Of a stretch of DNA of 64,000 nt, positions 13,107 through 25,713 are shown one piece after another. The notes beneath the pieces were generated by a model. The model saw only the letters and a list, made by a program, of their open reading frames with translations, did no database searches and was not told where the DNA came from. The DNA is from Octopus sinensis (taxonomy: Eukaryota): positions 134,168,001 through 134,232,000 of the forward strand of contig NC_042998.1 in assembly GCF_006345805.1 (NCBI RefSeq). The letters are read 5' to 3'. A program made the translations under genes and the position numbers. Position 1 is the stretch's first letter. The number at the start of each line of letters is the position of its first letter.

Positions 13107-13400
13107 TTAGGGGGATGTGTTTAGAAGTGGTCTGTATTTATTAATAAGGTGGGATTCCATGGTTATTCGCTGGGTATGAGTGGCATTGTCTTTAAATTTG
13201 TAGAGGGGAAAGATTCTAAAATTGGGATGAAGTTGTGCGGCACAGGTATCAATATGTGCACTAAGTGCTATTTTTGTGTATTCCTGTATTTTTATTTGGA
13301 ATCTGTGGACAGTCATGCGTTGGCGGAAGCTATTTTTAGTTTGACCTATGTAGTGTTCATTACAGCCCGAGCAAGTTAAGACATATACTAGGTTTTCTGA
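13107..13400 (-). pseudogene. PLE GIY-YIG endonuclease domain
   Basis: VYVLTCSGCNEHYIGQT..RQRMTVH..E.HLINKYRPLLN, preceded by the CxxxxCxxC linker (KCNRPNCGIC). An in-frame stop lies upstream. Confidence 0.9.
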
Positions 13401-14049
13401 TGCTCATGTGAAGTTGTGTTTTACTGTGAAACGTTGTCCTAGTTTAAAAAGGAATTCCGGACCTTCTATTAGGTTGATGCATATACCACAGTTGGGTCTA
13501 TTGCATTTGTTTACTGTTGGTTTAGTTGTTGTGGTTGGCAGTACTTTGGCATTTGTTAGGATGGTTTTCAATGATTTGGGTTGCCTTTTGCTCTTTATGA
13601 TTTCGTGTGTTAGGAGGATTTGGTTCATTCTATGGTCCTTTTTTAATACAGGAATTTCTGGAGGATGGTGTCAAAAGCTTCATTGTTGAGGGGGTTGTGT
13701 GTAGAGATGTATGGTAGAGTATGGGGTTTCGATGTAACAGGTTTAGGGCGTCTAAGTTCCTGTGTGCTGAGTTTTAGGGCGCGTTGGATCCCATTGTCAA
13801 TTAGTGACGTGGGGTAATCCCTGCTTGTTAATGTGTCCTTTAGTTCTTGTAGACATAAGAGACGGGTGTTTTTATTGGAGACTATAGTGCAAATTCTCTT
13901 GGCTAAGTTGTAGGGAATGTTAATTTTAACGTGTCTAGGGTGGCATGAATTGAAAGGGAGGTATTGCTTGGAGTCTGTGGGCTTGTAGTATATGTCTGTT
14001 TCTATTTTTTGTTGTGAATTTTAATGAGGATGTCGAGGAAGGGAATTTG

Positions 14050-14862
14050 TTAAGGGCTGTATTCCATTGTGAAAATAATGTTTGTGTTGAGCCCATTTAT
14101 AAGGGTGTGAAATTCTTTAAGCTTCTCGATGGTTTCGGTCCAAAGGATGAAGCAGTCATCAAGATATCTCTTCCAGTTCTTCTCTATGTGTGTGTGGAGA
14201 GTGGTGCCAAATTGGTTAAGAACGTTATTATAGAGAGTGATTTCCAGGTATCCCATGACTAGGTTGGCGTAAGTGGGAGCTGTTTTCGTTCCCATTGCCG
14301 TCCCTGATTTCTGTCTGTAGAATTTGTTGTTGAAGGTGAAGAAATTATTCTCTAAGATGAATTTGAGTCCTTCTAAAATAAATTCCTTTTTGATGCGGTG
14401 TGGGAGTTCGTTGGAGTAATTATCCAGCCAGAATTGGATAGCTTCTATTCCTAGGTTGTGGGGGATGTTGGAGTAAAGATTAACTACATCGAATGTTACT
14501 AGCAGGGTTTGTTCAGCAAGAAGTGTATTGGGGAGGTGGTTGAGCATATCTAGATCGTCCCTTATGTAGCTTTTAATGTGTTTGAGGAAGGGCTTGAGAA
14601 GGGTATCAATGAAGTTGCTAAGGTGGTGGGTTTCGCAAGCGGGACCTGCTATTATAGGTTTCAATTTGAGGTCATTTGGTGAGGGGACATTGATTACAGA
14701 GTTTGTGGCTTCCTTGCATGCCTTACTTATTAATTCGCTTTTATGAATTTTGGGAATACCGTAGAAGAGGCTGGTTTTACTAGTGAAATTTGTGATGAAG
14801 TTGAATTCTTTGTTAGTGAGTTCTTCTTTGTGGGGGTTGATCAGGGTTTTTAAGTTTCTCAT
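14050..14862 (-). CDS. PLE reverse transcriptase core (open fragment of a broken ORF)
   Basis: 270-aa ORF with PLE RT motifs FDVVNLYSNIP, QKSGTAMG and WKRYLDDCF. Confidence 0.95.
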   Translation of the reverse strand: MRNLKTLINPHKEELTNKEFNFITNFTSKTSLFYGIPKIHKSELISKACKEATNSVINVPSPNDLKLKPIIAGPACETHHLSNFIDTLLKPFLKHIKSYIRDDLDMLNHLPNTLLAEQTLLVTFDVVNLYSNIPHNLGIEAIQFWLDNYSNELPHRIKKEFILEGLKFILENNFFTFNNKFYRQKSGTAMGTKTAPTYANLVMGYLEITLYNNVLNQFGTTLHTHIEKNWKRYLDDCFILWTETIEKLKEFHTLINGLNTNIIFTMEYSP

Positions 14863-15619
14863 AATTTTCTGTTGATTGTAGTGTTCAGCCTTTTCGTATA
14901 TGTTCCATTTTCCAAGGTGGAGAGTGCTAAGTTGATATAGTATTCTGTCTCCATTAAGACTACTGCACTTCCTTTATCGGCCTCTTTAATGGTGATAGAT
15001 CTTTCATTTTTTAATTTGTTTAATTCTTCCCACTCTTTCTTGTTGAGGTTTGGTTTGGGTTTTGGTTTGTGTAAATGTTGGTAGGGGAAGTTTGTAATGT
15101 GCTCACAGAATTCGTCTACCTTTTGGTGGGGTGTAGTTGCTTTTATTTCTAGCTAGTGACTCATCCTCATTGTGCTGGTCGAATAGTTCCTCACTAAGTC
15201 GCAATTTTCTACAAAATTCTGTAATGTCTTCCTTCATTTCGTAGTAGTTTGGACGTGGGGGGGGGGGTGAATTTAAGACCTTTGGAGAGTAAGTTGAGAA
15301 GGTTGGGGTTGGGTTCTGTATTGGTTAAATTGATGTCTTTAATTAGTTTCTGTTTCTCTTCTCTGTCCTGTGTTATTTTGTTTGCCTGTATCTGTGTGCT
15401 GTGTCTAAAAAATGGTTGGGGTAGAGGGGTTGTCTGTTGGTGTTAAGAGGTCCTGTGTGTTTGTTATATTCCCTGTTGTGAAATATGGTTCGGGTTCGTG
15501 GTTGTGGATAGAATGGGGTGTTATATATATATATATATATTGATACAAATGGTAAGACAACAAAAGAATGAAAGAGACCTTGATATTATGTAAATAGAGG
15601 AATTTATTTGTAAATGTAA

Positions 15620-15948
15620 TATGTGACATGGCCTCCGTGCCGGTGGCACATAAAAAGCACCATCTGATCGTGGCCATTGCCAGCTTCGTCTGGTCTCCGT
15701 GCCGGTGGCACGTAAAAAGCACCATCCAATCGTGGCCGTTTGCCAGCCTCGTCTGGCACCTGTGCCGGTGGCACGTAAAAGGCACCCACTACACTCACGG
15801 AGTAGTTGGCATTAGGAAGGGCATCCAGCTGTAGAAACACTGCCAGATCAGACTGGGCCTGGTGCAGCCTTCTGGCTTCCCAGACCCCAGTTAAACCGTC
15901 CAACCCATGCTAGCATGGAAAGCGGACGTTAAATGATGATGATGATGA
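15620..15948 (+). mobile_element. Family B element with three hairpin units and (ATG)n tail
   Basis: gtgccggtggcac(a/g)taaaa x3, then agtagttggcattaggaagggcatccagctgtag. Confidence 0.85.
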
Positions 15949-16132
15949 TTCAGTAGCCATGATAAGACTCCGAATTTCGGATGTCTGTGTGGAAATCCAT
16001 GCCACCATCTCCTCAGTTATCTGGCCATCGGGAAAATGAGCATTTTTTCCGATGGCTGGATAACTGAAAAGATGGTGCTGTGGATTTCCACCCCGACATC
16101 TGAAACTCGGAGTTTTATCATGGCTACTGAAT
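15948..16132. repeat. Imperfect ~185-bp palindrome (spacerless foldback)
   Basis: attcagtagccatgataa... is mirrored by ...ttatcatggctactgaat. The centre is aaaatg-ag-catttt. Confidence 0.85.
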
Positions 16133-16879
16133 AATTGTCACATATTACATTTGCAGATATAATATATATATATATATTGGATTTGGCTTTATGTGAGTTC
16201 ATGTGTTGAAGCATATTCTGTTGTGTCTGGGGAGAGTCATTCTCTTTTAGTGCCTTATAATTTAACACACTCACCGGTAAAATTTACACTCATTTACTTA
16301 CTTATTTTTCTAAAATTTTCATTTCGTTTTCTTTTGTTATTCCAGCAGCATTCTTTTTGTTTGTTTGTATGCATGTGTGGGGGTCATTGTGTGTGAGTAT
16401 ACATATGTATGTATGTATGCATGCATGTAAGTGTGTGTATGTATGTGTGTGTGTGTGTGTGTGTGCATATGTATATATATGTATGTATGTGTGTACGTTT
16501 GTATGTATGTATTCTGCATATTCAAGTGTTTGTGTGTTTTTATATGTTTATGTGTGTGTGTTTGCATGTGTGTGGATGTCTGAGTGTGTGTGTATGGGGG
16601 TTGTGACTATGTACTGTGTCTGTAAGTGTGGATGTATATCTCCATACGTAACCTTGTCTGAAGTGAAGTTTGTGTGTGTACATGGTCATGTGTTTCAGTC
16701 TTCATTTGCGTATGTGTGCTTGTCTGTTCATGTTACTTATGTACCTATCCGTCTGTATGTCTTTCTGTTTACTTTCATATCCATTTCCCTACATACATTT
16801 GCACATACATATACACACATACACACACATACATTCAGCCCACTAACTATTCTACCTGTATATAAATATTTATGTACAA

Positions 16880-17275
16880 GCAACCCCCCCCCCCAGCCAC
16901 AGCCGTCCAATGAATGGTGCTGAGTGGTCAAACATTTAAACCAAATTTTCTCAAAACAACTTGTCCGACCATCCCATTTTGTGGCATTATTTCAAGCCAG
17001 CCAGCTTTTTTTGCGCAAACTGCATGTGCATTTTTCTCACATACACGTAGTATCAATCGCAACAGCTGATGTACTTGCGCATACAAATGCACGTTCCCAT
17101 GGCTTTATCGATTGCATTCTCACGTGGAATCGATTTTTGTAATTTTTTCAAGACTTATACACGCCCTGCTACCGTTGGTATCTACATATCAAATTTGAGC
17201 GCAATTGGATGAAGGATGCCCGAGATCCTAAAAGACACACACACACACAGACAGAACAGATTTTATATAATAGAT
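16880..17275 (-). mobile_element. Helitron-like non-autonomous element
   Basis: Minus strand starts A^TCTATTATATAAAATCTG(TC)..(GT)n, typical of Helitron 5' ends. The 3' end is not clear. Confidence 0.45.
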
Positions 17276-17619
17276 ATATATATATATGTTATCCAAAAAG
17301 TATAGTGTTCATCACAGCTGATCTTTCCAATCAGTTTTGTGTAAAGAATACAATGGAGTGTTAGGTAAAAATCCAACTTTATAACTTTACGCTCGTCAGA
17401 GTTAGCTGATATGGGAGGGAATATAGCGACACCATATTCCCTTTACGTTAAACCAATTGGTATTTTTTACATGCAACCGCTTGGATATTTAATACTATAC
17501 TTTTCGGATAATATACCCACTCTATTGACAGATATATGAGTGCATCTCTTCCCTAACTTAAGATCTCTTAGATGACTCACACGTGTGTGTGTGTGAATAT
17601 GTGTGCATGCAGGTGTGCG

Positions 17620-17642
17620 AGCATGTGTGTGTGTGTATGTGT

Positions 17643-17697
<55 letters not shown>
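17620..17697. repeat. (GT)n microsatellite
   Basis: Direct reading. Confidence 0.95.
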
Positions 17698-17698
<1 letters not shown>

Positions 17699-17983
17699 GA
17701 ATGTATGTTCATGTCTGTATATGTATGTATATAGTGGGAAAGTGGGTAGTGTAATGTGCTCCTTTTGTCCTGAGTAAGAGTGAATGTGACAATTCGTGAC
17801 AGATGGTATATCCATGGTAACCTTTCAATAAAAACACCTACCTTTTTTATTACTTATTTATTATATCTATAGGGTGTGTCTAAATCAACTCAAATTCATA
17901 ATACAAAGAATAATAACAGCATAGGAGTTCTAAATCACAGCATACATTCATGTGTATATGTGTGTGAGTGAACATAATTCATA

Positions 17984-18029
<46 letters not shown>

Positions 18030-18555
18030 ATACACACACATATATTTATATGTATATATATGAGTGAGTGGACAAACGGATATTCCACCAGCCTGAGGAG
18101 ACAGACTGTTAGGGGCCTGCAAAACTTGAAGTTGAACGAAATCTGGCTCAAACTGTTTTGAATAATATATACATAAACATAGATCATAATGAAGAAAGCT
18201 GCTTACTAATTAGCTTAGTAACAGTTACTAATAGAAAGCAGTTATTAAAGCCTTGACCGTCTGGTAATTTTTTGATAATTTCATGTTCCAAGGAATTTCC
18301 TGTAATTTCGATTTCTGAAGTTTATTGAAAATTTGAACTAGCCAACTCAGTTCAAACTGTCCAGTACATGCCAGCATGGAAAAACGGACATTAAATGTTG
18401 ATGATATACTTTATACACTTATATATAACCATTGAGTTTTAGGTTGAGCACATACTGTGGTATCTTGGGCAAATGTCTTGAATTGCTTAAAGCCTTGTGT
18501 GTGGATTTCATAGACAGAAACAAGTCCAATCCCTCTCATTCACTCTCTCTCTGTA

Positions 18556-18604
<49 letters not shown>

Positions 18605-19088
18605 ACACACACACACACACACACGCAAATACAAAAGAAAAAGGGAATTTGAATTAATCCAAATGGATACACCTTTTCAATACTGTAGAGTTCAAACGCA
18701 GCTAACTAAATTGTCCAATTAAGGCCACTGTAATTCATATAGGTTGTTATTTCAATGTCCAATTTGTAAATCCAAAGTTCAAGCCCTGAATAAATTCAAT
18801 ATAGTAATCACAAAATATATTAGATGAAATACAAAGAATGAAGATTGATCAATGATTTAATCAGCTACATGTGTTTTAAATACCATGGCATAACCAAATT
18901 GTTGCATGTTGCAGTGCATATATATAATCGATCTAATATTTAATTGTCTAAAATGCTTAATTAAGTTTAATTCTAGTGTAAAACATGCAGTAATTTGGTT
19001 ATGTCATTCTATTTGAATTGTATGTAGCTGATTGAATTATTGATTAATCAGCTACACACATTGATTAATCTCCATTCTTTGTGTTTGA

Positions 19089-19130
<42 letters not shown>

Positions 19131-19793
19131 TTCATATTTCCTCATATTTTCACATGTAATTGCTGGTTGTAAAGAATGGTTCTGCATGGGTTGTTTGTTG
19201 TTCAATAGAGTGAGATAATATATGGAGGTTGGCATCAGGAAGGACATCAATCCATAGAAAATTCTCTCCCAACATATTCATGTCTGGGTCATACTAGAGC
19301 AGAAAAGTAGATGTTCAAGTGATGATGGTGATGGCAGCGGTGGTGGTGGTGGTAGTAGTAGTAGATGATGATGATGATGATGGTGTTGGTGGTGGTGGAG
19401 AGGAGGAGGAAGGGGGTGTCTTGGGGAAATTATAAATACACTCCTATATTTATATGCTTGAAACCTTTCATGTTTTGCATAAAAATAAACAGCTAACTAT
19501 TGCAAGAAGCATAAACCAATCTTTATATAGTGGTTTATAATTCATATTTTCTTATAATAAACAGCTTACCCAGTATGTGTTTTTATTCAAGATATTAGTG
19601 TAGATTATTGACACTAGATTTATTTGTTTATAGAAGCTATTAAAGAAGACGAAGACTCACATATCAAAAATTATATTGGACTTTGGCACATCATCAGTCT
19701 TGCTTCTATTCACTGATTACACAGTATCATCTAATTTGAATTTTGATTGGGATTTTTTGAAAAATGTGGTTTAAAATAGAAGTATTGTAACTG

Positions 19794-20010
19794 GTTAAAC
19801 CTTTTAGCATTCAGATTATTCTGTCAAATGTAAAGCTTATTTATTCACAATGTTTTGATATAATCATGAATTATCTTATCATTTTGAGATTTCGATGATG
19901 TGATTGTTTATTTTTAGAATGACTTTGTAGGTATGTATGACAGGTGGGATCTGGCTGGTTTGGACATAAAACAGGTAGAATATTTGGACAAGATATGGAT
20001 GGTTTCTAAA
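19794..20010. mobile_element. Probable MITE fragment with TTAA-CCTTTTAGC terminus (piggyBac-like)
   Basis: Left end ttaaaccttttagcattcagatt. The matching right TIR was not found. Confidence 0.35.
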
Positions 20011-20174
20011 CTGAAAATCACAATTTTCCCTGAACACTTCTCTCCCATAGTTCTAGCTTATGAGCTCACAATGACTCCAAGACAGTGATACCACATAAAT
20101 TAAGAACCACCGATGCAGTTATCCTTCATAATATAACTTTTTTTACCATTATTATTATTCAAAATTATGTCAAG

Positions 20175-20460
20175 ACATCATCATCATCATCGTCATTATC
20201 ATCATCGTTTAAAGTCTGCTTTCCATGCTGGCATGGCTTGGACAGTTTGACTGAGGACTGGCAGGCCAGGAGGCTGCACCAGGCTCCAATCTGATCTGGC
20301 AAGGTTTCTACAGCTCATCCTAACACCAACCTTTCCCAGTTTGTAGCGGGTGCTATGTGCCACAGGCACAGGGGCCAGTCAGGCAGCACTAGCATTGACC
20401 ACACTCAAATGGTGCTTTTTATGTGCCACCGGGCACGGGAGCCAGGCACTAGCAGTCAGG
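20175..20460 (-). mobile_element. Family B element
   Basis: (CAT)n-gtttaaagtctgctttccatgctggcatgg plus hairpin units. Confidence 0.8.
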
Positions 20461-20711
20461 CAGCACTACCATAGGTATCAGAAACAACCATGTCTAAGTA
20501 TGGGTGTGTGTGTGTATGTCTCTGTTTGTCTCTCAACTACTTGACAATCAGCCACACTTTCATAACTTAGCAGTTCAGTGAAAGGTAAATGATAAAAATA
20601 AATACTGGGGTCAATTTCACTAACTCAACCCTTCAAAGTGATACCCCAGTCTAGCAACAGTGAAAGAATATTTAATTTCTGACTTGTTATGTGTTTGTTA
20701 AATAACATATA

Positions 20712-21090
20712 GGTGCAGGAGAGGCTGTATGGTAAGTAACTTGCTTACCAACCACATGGTTCTGGGTTCAGTCCCACTGTGTGGCACCTTGGGCAAGTCT
20801 TCTACTGTAGCCTCAGGCCGACCAAAGCCTTGTGAGTGGATTTGGTAGACGGAAACTGAAAGAAGCCCGTCATATACATGCATATGTATAAATATATGTT
20901 TGTCCCCCCCAACCTCGCTTGACAACCAATGCTGGTGTGTTTACGTCCCCGTCACCTAGCGGTACGGCAAAAGAGACCAATAGAATAAGTACTAGGCTTA
21001 CAAAGAATAAGTCCTGGGGTCGATTTGCTCGACTATAGGCGGTGCTCCAAAATGGCCGCAGTCAAATGACTGAAACAAGTAAAAGAGTAA
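20712..21090 (+). mobile_element. SINE family A, full length
   Basis: A/B boxes, CORE-like gcaccttgggcaagt motif and aaagagtaa tail. Confidence 0.9.
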
Positions 21091-22545
21091 CATTGGTATA
21101 AAAACAAACTATATCAATTCTAGGAACATATGAAGAGTTTTCTTAATAATCACTCATATACAGAAGTAAGAAAAAAATAACAGTTTGACTGACTCGGGAT
21201 TAATTTGTACAAAACATCTTTGCACATATTAAAGAATCTTTTGTTTTGCTGTGTTACTACTACATCTTACTGTCATAGTCAACCTCCTATTCTCAGCATA
21301 ATTGTGGGTCTATTGTGGTGAATTTTGCTACTTAACTGCTTATTGTTACCATCTGGGACCAGATTGAAAATATTTCAAAACGAAAATTCACTTACATGGG
21401 TACATGACCCCTATTGGCCTTAATCCAAATGCTCATCCCCATACCACAATTTTTTTTTACTATTTTTTCATTTACTTATTTGGTTACTATTTTTGTTATC
21501 TTTTATGACACCTATCTCACTTGCTTTTCATCTTGCTTTGTATTTTGTCCAGCTACTGTCTAATTTATCTTTCTTGACATTATAAAAAGTATGATGGCTT
21601 ATATATTCTACTGATAAAAATGTATATATTTTGTCACTTTTCTTCTTCTTTTTTCTTTCTTTTTTTTTTCTCTTAGTTTATAGGTATATTATACTGAAAA
21701 ATTTTGAATTCAAGTAATGTAGAGCCTGGTTTGTATTAGAAGAGTGATCATTTAGGAAAACCAGATGCTGTGAGCACCTTTTGTTGGCAGTTACTCAAGA
21801 CTGTGAAAGTTCAAACTGATAAAATTGACATGTTTATGTAAACTAAAATTGGGTGGAAAGACTGATGGTTTAGAGTGAAAAGATAAAATTTATTAAAAAT
21901 CTAAACGTCTGAGATGAAATGTTCGTAAAAAAAATTTATTTTTGGGGTTATTAACTTCATTTTTAGAGTATATATTTGTATTTACATTTACACTACATTT
22001 TGGTAAATTTAACCCAAATCATCATTGGATCTGTACATAAATATATATTAGAGGAAGAGTAAATAATAATCTTTTCTACTCTAGGCCCAAGACCCGAAAT
22101 TTTTGTGGAGGTGGCCAGTCGATTAGACCAACCCCAGTACACAACTGGTACTTAAATTATCTACCCCAAAAGGATGAAATGATGGTTCTTAGTTTGAATT
22201 CACTCTATGTGCACATCCAGTAATAAGACATTTGATGGCAATACAACTACAAATTAAAATTAGTTGTAGTACTAAATATACGTTTCAATACAACTGAAAA
22301 TTATTGCAACCACATATAGAAAATAATTTTTTTGTATGGCTCAAATATTGAAATTTGAACTAGAGTGAAAATTCAATAAAAACTGAAATTCAGATTTGTT
22401 TAAAGAAAAATAAAATCTAAATTTAAAAAGAAAAAATATAATCTAAAATTCAAGGAAAAAATATAATCTAAATTTCATTTCAAATTTCAATCTTCAATAA
22501 TTTTTGCATATCAGTTTTAGTTAATGAAATTTAAAATTTCACCAG

Positions 22546-22633
22546 GTGATGCTGTAGATCATGCAACTAATGCTATTATGTTTGATATAAACCTGATGGG
22601 GCATGTAAACCAGGTCATGCTACAGTGTTTCAG
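22546..22633 (+). CDS. Candidate internal exon (G)DAVDHATNAIMFDINLMGHVNQVMLQCF(R)
   Basis: tttcaccag acceptor and gtgagt donor. Only one frame is open, and its phase-2 end fits exon 24643. Confidence 0.5.
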
Positions 22634-23699
22634 GTGAGTTCACTAGTCAAGTCAATAGTTGTTCTATTGCAATCTCTAATTAATAATGAATTAGATCTCA
22701 GCAGCTCCTTTTTAATTCAGGAATTTTGACATGAGTCAGAAGCCTATTCTTTAATCACATAAAAAGGTTTGATATTGCAATTAAAATGCTTAGTCTCTTT
22801 TGCCACACCCACTTTATTTTCACTCCCTACCTACTTGGCATACTTTATTTGAACTACACTTGAAAAATAAATCTCCATCTAAAATGATTTACCTTTATAT
22901 TATTGTAGCTTCCCCAGACTTGCTATAGAATTCTGACTCAAAAGTATATAGAAATACCTATCTATATTTGCATATATTTTCTAAATGAATGGCTGAATGG
23001 ATTTTGAAGATGGAAACTGAAAGAAATCCATATATATATACATAGATATGTATACATGCATATACATATATATACATACATATATATATATATATATACA
23101 TATGTATGTATAAAAGGAGCGAGGTGTAGGAAGAAAGTTAGCCTCAAGCAATCCATAGTAAATATAAAAAACAACTTTCAGGGACAATAGTAATTCATTG
23201 GAGATATATAAAAACATTGTTTGACCGTTATAAATTTTCTTTACTTAATTGTTTTATCCATTTAAATTTTGTTGTTCTTTTATTGTACTTTTTATGTATT
23301 TAACTTGTTAATGCTCACGCTCCTAAACATAGGTATTTTGAATCAGTATTATGCAATCTAGCAATCATCTAGCAACCCTTTTACATGGAATTCCATCTGT
23401 CTTTTTGAACCAAGGCCCTGAAGAGTCTTGTATACATAGATATGAACTGTTTATAAATCAGATAATGTACATAAGTCAAAACAAATTGTTGGCTTTATTT
23501 TGGGCTTTTTTAATTGGTTATGTTATCTTATCTTAGATTATATTTCATAGTATATTATATTATAATGTAATGAATTGTTAGATTGTCAATTGTTATTTCT
23601 CTATTTAATTTATTATTTGTAATTTGTATTTATACTCCTATTTCTGTGGTATCCAACTGATGTATCAGTGAATTGGATGTTTTACACCCCTTTGAAATT

Positions 23700-23900
23700 T
23701 ATAGGAAAATAAAAGACGAACACAGGTGTATGAACAACAAGCAGGTGTATTAGTTTGATGCTAGAGAAAATGAAAAGGTCTTCTACATTTCGAGCCTATG
23801 CTCTTCAACAGAAGGGAATAAGAAAAAATAAACAGAGAGAGAATGAAAAAAAGCTGTAGATTTAGCGGTCAAGCATGGAGAATGATTAGAAAAAAAGTTT
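23700..23900 (-). mobile_element. Repeat relic with minimal hammerhead-like motif (23780-23814), probably PLE pLTR-derived
   Basis: Minus strand CTTC-TGTTGA-A-GAGC-ATAG-GCTC-GAAA-TGTA-GAAG. Related to 1160-1290. Confidence 0.5.
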
Positions 23901-24642
23901 GAAAGTGGTTGGAAGAAAGGGAGATAATAAAGTGATCCCAACTAAAGACGTGCATGCATGTGGTTGTGTGAGAATGGTGTGTGTGAAGCCTGATGTATAT
24001 ATTCATTCAAACCATATTAACAAAATCCTCCATGGTATACAAAGTACATACATAGATGCATTTATCTATACGATATATATGGTGGTGGTGGTGGTTTTGG
24101 TGATGGTACTGGTAGTGATGATAATGATAGTGGTGGTGGTGGTGGTGGTAGTGATTATAATGATGATGCATGTGTGTATGTATGCACGCGTATGTATTTC
24201 TATACATGCATGTGCATACATGCATACAAGCATACATACACACAGACATGTTTATGCATAATATAAATATAATTATCATATAAAGCAAAGAATTTCTGAT
24301 CAGATATAAAACTGCTAATTTATTGCATGGAATTTAATATATATATAATTAGTAAATAACTATTGTTGTTGGACATTCACACTGCATCTTTTCAGTCTCA
24401 ATGTATATATATATATATATATGATAAGGAGCCTATCAAATATATCATATATATGCCATGGATGAAGTTCCAATCTACCTGTTACCAGATCAACCTGCAT
24501 CGTGTATAGGAGTTTCCATGGAAACAAGTCTGCTTCAAATACACTACATAAGAAGCCTTAAACCGAAACCAAACTATGTCACAATGGATGGCCTATTTTT
24601 TTTCTTTTTTATCATTGATCTTTTGAAATTTCTCCAATATAG

Positions 24643-24784
24643 ATTAGTTGATTATCTGAGAGGGAAAAATGTCCTTAAAACTGTAAAAGACTGTGAAATA
24701 GGGTGGGTTATGGTAGACTTTCATTATTGCAAAACTTTAATGAAGGTAATTAACTTTAAATATAATGCAACTTTGTGCAACTGA
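24643..24784 (+). CDS. Candidate exon (R)LVDYLRGKNVLKTVKDCEIGWVMVDFHYCKTLMK; possible bacterial-type PI-PLC C-terminus
   Basis: Polypyrimidine tract plus tatag acceptor, with an open frame to the stop at 24784 or to a gtaatt donor after 24745. GWVMVDF resembles the PI-PLC terminal motif GWVIQDY/GILIMDF (recall). Confidence 0.45.
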
Positions 24785-24874
24785 AAATAGTTTTCATTAA
24801 GATGAAAGCAAAAGAAAAAAAAATGTGAGAGTATCAAGAAAAGGGTGCTAGATGAAGTTGAAAATTTGTTTATA

Positions 24875-25036
24875 GGGGCAGGAGCAGCTGTGTGGTAAGC
24901 AGCTTGCTTCCCAACCACATGGTTCTGGGTTCAGTCCCACTGCATGGCACCTTGGGTAAGAACCTCGGGCCAACCAAAGCCTTGTGAGTGGATTTGGTAG
25001 TCGGAATCTCAAAGAACCCTGTTGTATATATGTATG

Positions 25037-25128
<92 letters not shown>

Positions 25129-25360
25129 ATATATATATATATACATATATGTATGTATAGGTTTGTGCATCTGTGTTTGTGACCCCACCATCACTTAGAA
25201 ACCAATGCTGGTTTGTTTATGTACCCATAACTTAGTGGGTCGGCAAAAGAGACAATAAGTGCTAGATTCACGAAGACTAAGTCCTGGGGTCGATTTGTTC
25301 GACAAAAGGCGGTGCTCCAGCATGGCTACAGTCAAATGACTGAAACAAATAAAAGAATAA
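24875..25360 (+). mobile_element. SINE family A with (TA)n centre
   Basis: Head and tail match the family. Confidence 0.85.
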
Positions 25361-25509
25361 TTGGTAACCAGTGGCTGGTCTGCTTCCAGATAGGTGCAGG
25401 CATGGTTGTATGGTTAAGAATCCTTGGGTAAGTATCTTCTACAATACACTTGGACCGAGCAAAGCTTTGTGAATGGATTTGGTTGACGGAAACTGAAAGA
25501 AGCCCGTCA

Positions 25510-25517
25510 TATATATG

Positions 25518-25582
<65 letters not shown>

Positions 25583-25712
25583 TTATACACATCTATATAT
25601 ATATATAGATATATATATATTGATATATATACGTATATATATCTATATATATATATATTTATATATATGTATATATATATATATATGTGTGTGTGTATAT
25701 ATACATACATAT
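25510..25712. repeat. Degenerate (TA)n microsatellite
   Basis: Direct reading. Confidence 0.9.
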
Positions 25713-25713
25713 A

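Larger units (their letters stand above)
12140..15510 (-). mobile_element. Penelope-like element, degraded, probably 5'-truncated
   Basis: One interrupted ORF reads LLSKGLKFTP, IKEADKGSAVV, FYGIPKIHK, FDVVNLYSNIP, GTAMGTKTAP, RYLDD, then GIY-YIG VYVLTCSGCNEHYIGQT. About 1 kb of 3' UTR follows. Confidence 0.95.

Noticed and set aside
17385-17455. CTGACGAG on the minus strand near a GGGAATAT/ATATTCCC hairpin
   Set aside because: No downstream GAAA or stem II, so it is not a hammerhead.
20712-20790. tRNA gene-like A/B boxes (also in every family A and C head)
   Set aside because: These are SINE heads. No complete cloverleaf or terminator is present, and the sequence runs into SINE body.
21680-21835. 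Exon-shaped segment upstream of the 22546 exon
   Set aside because: Stops in all three frames and the wrong phase to join exon 22546.
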